Source: Bradymonadia bacterium (GTDB lineage: Bacteria > Myxococcota_A > Bradymonadia > UBA7976 > UBA1532). From it: DNA of 44,665 nucleotides. The translations under genes were made by a program, and so were the position numbers. The notes beneath the pieces are model-generated. The model had not been told where the DNA came from, made no database searches, and saw only the letters and a list, made by a program, of their open reading frames with translations. Location: contig JBKAGE010000064.1 in NCBI GenBank assembly GCA_046290225.1, positions 1-44,665 on the forward strand. The letters are read 5' to 3'. Each line of letters starts with the position of its first letter. Positions within the stretch are counted from its first letter, which is position 1. This document shows positions 37,988 through 44,665 of this stretch, one piece after another.

Positions 37988-40900
37988 GCAACGACAGGTT
38001 CAGCACAGGGGCCGGCATCGGCATCGTCACCAACCTCAACGATCCTGAGCAGCAGGGCCGTATTCTGGTGGAGTTCCCCTGGCTCGGCGACTCGGTCTCG
38101 AGCCACTGGTGTCGCTTGAGCACACAGCAGGGCGGCTTCAGCCGTGGCAACTTCATCCGCCCCGAGGTGGGCGACGAAGTGCTGGTGATGTTCGAGATGG
38201 GCGACATCACCCAACCGTGGGTGGTGGGCTGCTTGTGGAACGGCAGCGACGCGCCCCCGGGGCCAGGGAACGGCGACGGCAAGAACGACTTCAAGTTCTT
38301 CGAGAGCCGCTCTGATCACCAGATGATCTTCAACGACGGTGACGACGGCGGCTACATCGAGTTCCACGACTGCAAGAAGAAGCTGCACACCAAGATCGAC
38401 GTGCCAGGGCAGCACATCCACAGCCTCGCCGACACCGGTGAGATCAGCATCAACGCCCCCAACGGTCTGGTGCGGTTCGAGTGCGTGGACTTCAACGTGC
38501 ACAGCACCGAGACCACCACGGTGAACGTAGCCAACAGCCATGGCATCAACGTCACCGGCTCCCGCTCCACGACCGTCAAGAAGCAGAACCTGTCTCAGAA
38601 AGCCGGCAAGAGCCTCTCGGTCACCACGCCCAATATGAGCATGAGCGCCTCGAGCGCCGTGGAGACGAGCACCGGGGGCACCAACATCGAGATCGGCTCC
38701 ACCAACGCCGAGATCAAGCCCACACTCGCCGTAGAGCAGAGCGGCCCGGTGACCCGGAAGATCGGCAGCGCCACCTTCAAGATCACCGACGTGGGCACCG
38801 ATCTCGCGGGCGGTGATCTCGGCGCCGGCCGCTCGGGCCCGCTGACGCTGAACGCCGGCAGCCTGGGCATGCAGCTCAAAGAAGCCTTCGTCACCAAGGT
38901 GGGCGGCAGCAGCGACATCAAGTTCGGCAACATCACCATGAAGGGTGGCACCGTCGCCATGGCCAAAGATGGCGGCGATGGTCAGCAAATCGGCAAGGCC
39001 CAGATGGTCCAGTTCGAAGGCGGACTGGTGAACCTGAACCCCGCGATGTTCACGGGGCCAGTGACCAAGATGGCCGACCTGATGCTGGGCTTCGACGTGC
39101 ACAGCGCCCCGCCCATGCCCTTCGCCTTCGTGTTGCCCATCATCCTGGACACGAAGGAGACGGTGCTCGTCAATGGCTTCACCATGGCGGGTGCAGGGAC
39201 CGCCGCAGTGGGCGTGCACATCCCTGTGGTGTGGCCGCCGCCGCCTTCGCCGCCCTTCTTCGTGCCTGTGCCCATGCCCACCCGGCAGATCCTCGCCGCG
39301 GCGGTGATGGCCATGTTCATGCCCATGGTCATGAGCGTGGGCATGATGGGCGTGAGCATGATCCAACAGGCCGCTCAGGGCGGGAACCCCACCGGCATCT
39401 TGACGGGCATGGACGCCCAGCAATGGCGCGTGCGCCTGATGCCCTACACCGAATCGGTGGGGGCCTTCCTGGCCACCCTCGTGGGTTTGCTGCCCTTCCC
39501 GGCAGCCTCGGGCTCGATCACCCTGGCGGCGCCCTCGGTGCTGGGCCAGGACATGCCCATGGGCTTCACCATGCCCATGCCCTTTGCCAACACCTGCTCC
39601 GAGATCCCCATCATCCCCAACGCCACGGTCATCTCGGTGAGCACGGTGATGGCTGGGGCCTCGATGAAGCAGGTCGCTGCTCAGATGGCCATGCAGGTGG
39701 CGGCCTACGGCCTCACCCGAGCCATGGCGCGGACCCGCATCATGCGCCGCATCGCCGACCCCGTCGACGTGATGAGCGGCGCTCGGGTGGACGAAGACGT
39801 CGACGTCGAGTTGCCCGGGCCCATGCCCCTGAAGCTGGTCCGCAACCACCTGTCGACGGGTGTGAGCATCAAGGACGGTGGGGTGCTCGGCTACGGCAAC
39901 CGCCTCACCTTCGAGCGTCGCCTCACCCTCGACACCCCCGATGGTGCACCCCGGACCTGGACCTACCACACCGACGAGCTGCGCAGCATCCCGCTGCCCT
40001 GCCCCATGGACTTCGGTGAGTGGCACTTCATCAAGGCCGAGCAGCTCGAGATCTGCCGCGCCGATGATCGCCTCTGGGATGTCCGCGACGAGCACGGCAT
40101 CACCTGGCGCTTCCATCGTTGGGATGATCGGGCCTGTCGTCTGGAGTCGTGGTTCGATCGTCACGGCAACACCTGCACGGTGCACTACGACGATCCTGAT
40201 CCGACCCGGGCCACGGCCCTCACCGACAGCACCGGCCGCCGCCTGCGCCTCGATTACGCACGCTTTGGCAAAGGCGCGTCGCAAACACACCGCCTCACCG
40301 ACATCTGGTTCGAGGATCAGAGCGGCGACTGGAAGCCCCACCGCCTGCGCATGTACCGCTATGACGACGCTGGGCAGCTGGTGGCCACCGCTGGCGCCGA
40401 CGATCACCTGACGCGGTACGTGTACGACGAGCACGGTCGGGTGACGCGGCGCCACGAGCCCAACGGCTACATCTGGCACTGGGCCTACGATCGCATGGAT
40501 CGAGTCACCCACGCCTACGGCGAAGACCTTCGTTATTACTACGAGTTCGATTATCAGCCCGGTGCAAGCATGACCATCGTCAAAGACCACACGGGGCGAA
40601 AGACCCTGTACGGCTATGACGAGAACAGCGTGATCAACCGGGTCATCGACGGCGAGGGCGTGCTCCGAGACGCCAAGTACGAAGACAACTGCCTCGTCGA
40701 AGAGAAGACCGGTGAGGAACTGGTCACCACCCACAGCTATGACGATCGCGGTCGCCGAGTGGAGACCATCAAGCCCAACGGCGGCAAGACCACCCGAGTG
40801 TACGACGACACTCATGGTCAGGTGATCCTCGAGGTGAGCCCCATGGGGGCCGAGACCCGCACCACCCTCGATCGTCAAGGCAACCCGATCCGGGTGAAGC

Positions 40901-43497
40901 ACCCTGACGGCGGAGAGACGATGCGCCGCTTCGACGCCCAGGGTCGCGTCGTCGCCGAGTTGCGTCCGGATCAGAGCGAGCACCTCTTCACCTACGACGA
41001 CGCTGGTAACCTCGTAGAGGAGAGCCACGACGGGGTGGTGCAGAAGCACATCTATGATCCGCTGGGCCGGCGTCGCATGACCGACGCCGGCGGTGGGCAA
41101 ATCACCCGCTTCGAGTACGATCGGGCCGGGCGTCAGACCGCTGTGCACTACCCCGACGGTACCTCGGAGTCGAAGGTGTACGACGCCGAGGGGCGCTGCA
41201 TCGAGCACACGGCCTACACCGGAGAGACCTGGCGCTACACCTACGACGGCGCTGGCCGCAAGGTGAAGACCGTGACCCCCGAGGGCCAGGTGCACACACA
41301 CGCCTTCGGCATGAACGACATGTTCAGCGGGCACTCTGATGGAGCCAACCAGGGGTTCCGCTACCGGTACGATGCTGCCGATCGTCTGAGCACACACGAG
41401 ACCACCGACGGTGTGAGCGAGCGCTACAGCTACGATCGCCATGGGCAGCTGGTGCGCATCGATCACAGCGACGGCAGCTTCGTCCGCATCACGCCTGCCC
41501 CTCACGGCGGCCCTTCGGAGCTCACCGCTCGAGACGGCACGCGACAGACGCGCGTCTACAACGAAGACGAGTTCATCGTCGAGGCCCTGGAGTACGCCCC
41601 GGGGGCCAGCCGCCGGCACATTTTCCACCCCGACAAGCCGGTCTCCGGCGAGACGCGGGTGGTCTTCAAGCGGCACCCCGACGGCACCGTGCTCGAAGAG
41701 ATCGGGCCCCATGGCCGTATGCGGTACACCCGCGGCGCCCAGCACAAGATCACGCGGTACAACGTCGACGGCGTGTCGCTGAAGATTCAGCGTGATCCCA
41801 AGGGTCGAGCCGTCTCGGTTCAGGCCCCCGACGGCACCACGTACGACATCGAGTACAAGGGCACCGCTCGGGTCATCAAGCACAGCACCGGCGTCACCAC
41901 GTGGCGCAGCCCCAACAGTTGGGTGTTGCGCAACGAGAAGCAGCGCACCCTGGCCTCGTGCATCGGCGCCGCCGACGACTTCGGCCGCGTGAGCAAGGAG
42001 ACGTTCCGCTACCCCGGCCACATGGGGTACGTGCACAGCCACCGCTACAACAAGGACTCGCGCCTCGACGAGCGATACGACGAGGGCGGGAACCGGCTGC
42101 TGGCGGGCTTCCGGTATGGCGCCGGCCATCAGCTCGTGGCCACCCCCGACGGCGCAGTGCGTCACGATCGCCGTGGCCGCATCGTCAGCCGTCTGAGCCA
42201 CGACGGCGAGCACCGTTACCGCTGGGACGACTTCGGTCGCCTCATCGAGGCCGAGACCCCCGACGGCACGGTGGTGCACTACCGCTACGACGCCATGCAC
42301 CGGCTCGTGGAGCGCATCGAAGATCCCATCGAGGGCTACCCTTCGACGTGGCGCTTCATGTGGTCCGGCGACTTCATGGCCGGTGAGATCCGGCCTGATG
42401 GCACCACGATCCGCTATCTGCGCCTCGATCCCGACGAGCTGGTGCCCTGGGCGGCCTGGGTGAGCGGTGAAGATCCTGCAAAGGGCGAGCTGCACCTTCT
42501 GCAGGCAGACAGCCGCGGCGCCGCCCAGGCGGCCATGCGCCCCGACGGCACGCTCACGTGGTGGGCGGAGTACACCCCTTACGGCGAGGCTCAGGTTCAA
42601 GATCGAGGCCTCGATCTGCGGCTGCGCCTCGCGGGCATGTGGTCCGACCCGCTCACGGGCATCGACTTCAACCGTCACCGCTGGTACGTCCCCGAGTGGG
42701 GCCGCTACCTCTCCCCTGACCCCGCAGGCAGCAAGGGTGGCATCAACCGCTACGCCTACGCCGGCGGTGATCCCATCGGGCGCATCGACCCTCTGGGGCT
42801 GAGCCACACGCCGAACCGGGCGGGCACAGAAGACAGCAACAACAACGTCCAGAGCCGGAACAACGGCGCTGACGCCGACGCACCACCGACGCGCCAGCCC
42901 ACTGCGGGCGACGCCGACGCGCCACCGACGCGCCCCGTCAATGCAGGCGACGACGGCGCCCCGTCGAACCGCGACAACGCGGTGAACGCCCTCGACGGTA
43001 TGCAACAGCGGATGGACGCCGATCCGGCCAACCAGCGCGACTACGGCCCGGCACACAACGATCTCAACAACCGCCTCAACGAAGCAGACGCCGCGGCGAC
43101 TGACCCGGAGTTGCGCCCGCTCGTGGAGGATGACTATCAGCAGATCGCCAGCGAGGCCAACGATCATAACAGCGCCATGGATCGCCGGGCGCCTCAGAAC
43201 AACGACGCCGCGCCGCCCGTCGAGCAGCCGCCTTATGTCAGGGAGAACCGTGTACCCAAGGACAACGAGACGGTCCTCGGGGACAACAGCACCTATCAAC
43301 GCACCAACCTGCGCAACAAGGGCGCCACGGTGTATCGAGACAACGATGGCAACTACTACCATCGCGACACCCTCCACACCGGCAATGGCGCAGAGATCGA
43401 GACCTACAACAGCCAGGGTCAGCACACCGGCACCATCAACCCCGACGGCACCCCGAAGGACGGCCCGATCAAGGGTCGCACCCTCCCTGGGGTGTAA
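37984..43497 (+). CDS. Spike protein 3 fused to PAAR-like domain, DUF6531-like domain, Rhs core and C-terminal toxin
   Basis: gp5 OB motifs at the N-terminus; LVNLNP then GFDVH...VLVNG...HIP...TCS; DPVDVMSG; YD repeats; RYLSPDP...DPIGRIDPLGL. Confidence 0.92.
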   Translation: MSNDRFSTGAGIGIVTNLNDPEQQGRILVEFPWLGDSVSSHWCRLSTQQGGFSRGNFIRPEVGDEVLVMFEMGDITQPWVVGCLWNGSDAPPGPGNGDGKNDFKFFESRSDHQMIFNDGDDGGYIEFHDCKKKLHTKIDVPGQHIHSLADTGEISINAPNGLVRFECVDFNVHSTETTTVNVANSHGINVTGSRSTTVKKQNLSQKAGKSLSVTTPNMSMSASSAVETSTGGTNIEIGSTNAEIKPTLAVEQSGPVTRKIGSATFKITDVGTDLAGGDLGAGRSGPLTLNAGSLGMQLKEAFVTKVGGSSDIKFGNITMKGGTVAMAKDGGDGQQIGKAQMVQFEGGLVNLNPAMFTGPVTKMADLMLGFDVHSAPPMPFAFVLPIILDTKETVLVNGFTMAGAGTAAVGVHIPVVWPPPPSPPFFVPVPMPTRQILAAAVMAMFMPMVMSVGMMGVSMIQQAAQGGNPTGILTGMDAQQWRVRLMPYTESVGAFLATLVGLLPFPAASGSITLAAPSVLGQDMPMGFTMPMPFANTCSEIPIIPNATVISVSTVMAGASMKQVAAQMAMQVAAYGLTRAMARTRIMRRIADPVDVMSGARVDEDVDVELPGPMPLKLVRNHLSTGVSIKDGGVLGYGNRLTFERRLTLDTPDGAPRTWTYHTDELRSIPLPCPMDFGEWHFIKAEQLEICRADDRLWDVRDEHGITWRFHRWDDRACRLESWFDRHGNTCTVHYDDPDPTRATALTDSTGRRLRLDYARFGKGASQTHRLTDIWFEDQSGDWKPHRLRMYRYDDAGQLVATAGADDHLTRYVYDEHGRVTRRHEPNGYIWHWAYDRMDRVTHAYGEDLRYYYEFDYQPGASMTIVKDHTGRKTLYGYDENSVINRVIDGEGVLRDAKYEDNCLVEEKTGEELVTTHSYDDRGRRVETIKPNGGKTTRVYDDTHGQVILEVSPMGAETRTTLDRQGNPIRVKHPDGGETMRRFDAQGRVVAELRPDQSEHLFTYDDAGNLVEESHDGVVQKHIYDPLGRRRMTDAGGGQITRFEYDRAGRQTAVHYPDGTSESKVYDAEGRCIEHTAYTGETWRYTYDGAGRKVKTVTPEGQVHTHAFGMNDMFSGHSDGANQGFRYRYDAADRLSTHETTDGVSERYSYDRHGQLVRIDHSDGSFVRITPAPHGGPSELTARDGTRQTRVYNEDEFIVEALEYAPGASRRHIFHPDKPVSGETRVVFKRHPDGTVLEEIGPHGRMRYTRGAQHKITRYNVDGVSLKIQRDPKGRAVSVQAPDGTTYDIEYKGTARVIKHSTGVTTWRSPNSWVLRNEKQRTLASCIGAADDFGRVSKETFRYPGHMGYVHSHRYNKDSRLDERYDEGGNRLLAGFRYGAGHQLVATPDGAVRHDRRGRIVSRLSHDGEHRYRWDDFGRLIEAETPDGTVVHYRYDAMHRLVERIEDPIEGYPSTWRFMWSGDFMAGEIRPDGTTIRYLRLDPDELVPWAAWVSGEDPAKGELHLLQADSRGAAQAAMRPDGTLTWWAEYTPYGEAQVQDRGLDLRLRLAGMWSDPLTGIDFNRHRWYVPEWGRYLSPDPAGSKGGINRYAYAGGDPIGRIDPLGLSHTPNRAGTEDSNNNVQSRNNGADADAPPTRQPTAGDADAPPTRPVNAGDDGAPSNRDNAVNALDGMQQRMDADPANQRDYGPAHNDLNNRLNEADAAATDPELRPLVEDDYQQIASEANDHNSAMDRRAPQNNDAAPPVEQPPYVRENRVPKDNETVLGDNSTYQRTNLRNKGATVYRDNDGNYYHRDTLHTGNGAEIETYNSQGQHTGTINPDGTPKDGPIKGRTLPGV
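42802..43494 (+). other. Rhs C-terminal toxin region ending in a colicin E3-like (Cytotoxic/BECR) RNase-like domain
   Basis: Follows the DPLGL cleavage motif (42787-42801); YYHRDTLH...EIETYNSQGQHTGTINPDG resembles the colicin E3 D-x-x-H...E-x-Y...G-x-H-x-G pattern. Confidence 0.6.
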
Positions 43498-43500
43498 GAC

Positions 43501-44379
43501 ATGAAGAAATACACTCTCCCTGCTGATCAATACTTCCTGCGTCGTGTGCCTTCTGCAGATGGCACCCCATCGCTGATGCTCAACGGCGAGCCCGGCACCC
43601 TGGCCCGCTTCGACGTGGCGCAGGGCAACCAGATCGAGCGGCTGAAGCACCCGCCAGAGCTGCGCCGTGATGGCGGCCTGGTCACCAACCTGATGTTCAA
43701 CGTCGCCGGTGACTGCATCGTCACCGACGACGAGGGTGAGCGCTGCTGGATGCACCACGACAGCCGCTGGAGCGCTCCGAGCCCGCTGCCCAACGCCAAC
43801 ACGCTCACCGATCTCTGTTATCTGTGGACCGAAGACACGCTGTATCTGCGCAAGAACTTCGGGGTGACCTATTTCATCTGGCGCGACGACGCGGGCCGCC
43901 TACAGCCAAGCTTCGACCGCTATGCGGCGATCCGGGTGCGCAAAGATGCCCCGAGCTGGCTCAAGGCCGTGGAGAGCTTCCCCAGCATGGGGTGTCAGGT
44001 GCACCGCACGTATCAAGACACATCCGACCTGGTTTACTGTGTCTATGACGCATCAAAGCCACGGGTGGGCTATGCGTCCTGGGGCGACGCCGCGCTTGAT
44101 TGGTCGGTGGCCCACCCCCGTAAATGCCTTCGCCTCGCCGGGTGCTCTGACTGGCTCTTCAGCATCGTCGACGCCGGCTCGGGCACGACGGAGATCTTGG
44201 CGCACCATCGAGACGGCGCTCAGATCACCCTCACCTCACCCACTGGCAAGCGTTTCTTCGACCTCGAGACCATCATCACGGAGAGCTGGTCCGGCCTCGC
44301 CGCCCTCGCGGTGCCAGAGGCCAGCAGCGTCGACGTGCTCGTGCTCTGGACCCTCGACGACTTGAACGCCATGCGCTGA
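43501..44379 (+). CDS. Putative immunity protein, family unrecognised
   Basis: Separated from the Rhs stop by a 3-bp gap and is the last gene before a terminator; positional inference only. Confidence 0.55.
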   Translation: MKKYTLPADQYFLRRVPSADGTPSLMLNGEPGTLARFDVAQGNQIERLKHPPELRRDGGLVTNLMFNVAGDCIVTDDEGERCWMHHDSRWSAPSPLPNANTLTDLCYLWTEDTLYLRKNFGVTYFIWRDDAGRLQPSFDRYAAIRVRKDAPSWLKAVESFPSMGCQVHRTYQDTSDLVYCVYDASKPRVGYASWGDAALDWSVAHPRKCLRLAGCSDWLFSIVDAGSGTTEILAHHRDGAQITLTSPTGKRFFDLETIITESWSGLAALAVPEASSVDVLVLWTLDDLNAMR

Positions 44380-44415
44380 TCTCCCTTCTACCTCTACAAT
44401 GAGACTTCGAAACAC

Positions 44416-44443
44416 AAAAGCCCCCTCGAAATGAGGGGGCTTT
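44416..44443. terminator. Intrinsic terminator, probably bidirectional
   Basis: AAAAGCCCCCTC-GAAAT-GAGGGGGCTTT between convergent genes. Confidence 0.85.
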
Positions 44444-44478
44444 CAGGTGTCGAGCCTTCAGCGACTCAGGCGTTCAAC

Positions 44479-44664
44479 TCAGAGGCCGCCGACGGGGATG
44501 CCACTGCAGACGTTGGCCTGGTGGGAGGTCTGGGTGGGGTTCTGAGAAACGAACTGGCAGGCACCGACGATGGTGTCGTTCATGCTCTGGACGCCGGCGG
44601 CGAAGGTGGCGTCACGGCCGACGGTGTTGTCCTTGCCGAGGGTGACGTCGGCCTGGAGGGTGAC
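44479..44664 (-). CDS. 3' end of a gene running off the window; hexapeptide (LbH)-like periodicity
   Basis: Reads VTLQADVTLGKDNTVGRDATFAAGV...GIPVGGL* with high GC3. Confidence 0.55.
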   Translation of the reverse strand, partial: VTLQADVTLGKDNTVGRDATFAAGVQSMNDTIVGACQFVSQNPTQTSHQANVCSGIPVGGL

Positions 44665-44665
44665 G

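Noticed and set aside
37423..43758. 2111-aa minus-strand ORF and other long antisense ORFs (e.g. 2933-4501, 6260-8008, 15339-17261)
   Set aside because: Shadow frames of high-GC3 genes on the opposite strand, with no recognisable motifs

Overview
A GC-rich chromosomal window whose gene content points to a Myxococcota-like bacterium (MYXO-CTERM-like sorting signal, Cys-rich lipoproteins, many two-component genes); this taxonomy is inferred. Housekeeping and signalling genes include a PP2C phosphatase, cysQ, cysE, an MltD-like transglycosylase, moeA and two kinase/regulator pairs. Accessory items are a lone low-GC DGQHR/DndB-like gene, a tnpB-only IS200/IS605 element inserted at the start codon of a diheme cytochrome gene, an orphan flagellin and FliL-like gene, and an Rpn-like PD-(D/E)XK gene with a probable intragenic antitoxin start. 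The best candidate for an undescribed system is the cassette at 33977-44379. It encodes three different gp5/gpV-type spike chains of similar length plus DUF2169, and only one chain is fused to PAAR-like, Rhs and colicin E3-like toxin modules. This suggests a 1:1:1 heterotrimeric contractile-injection spike carrying a single toxin. A second candidate is a 1350-aa apparent polyprotein with a BPI/LBP-like N-half, an internal MYXO-CTERM-like signal and a second lipobox. All family calls come from motif recognition by eye; no database search was run.
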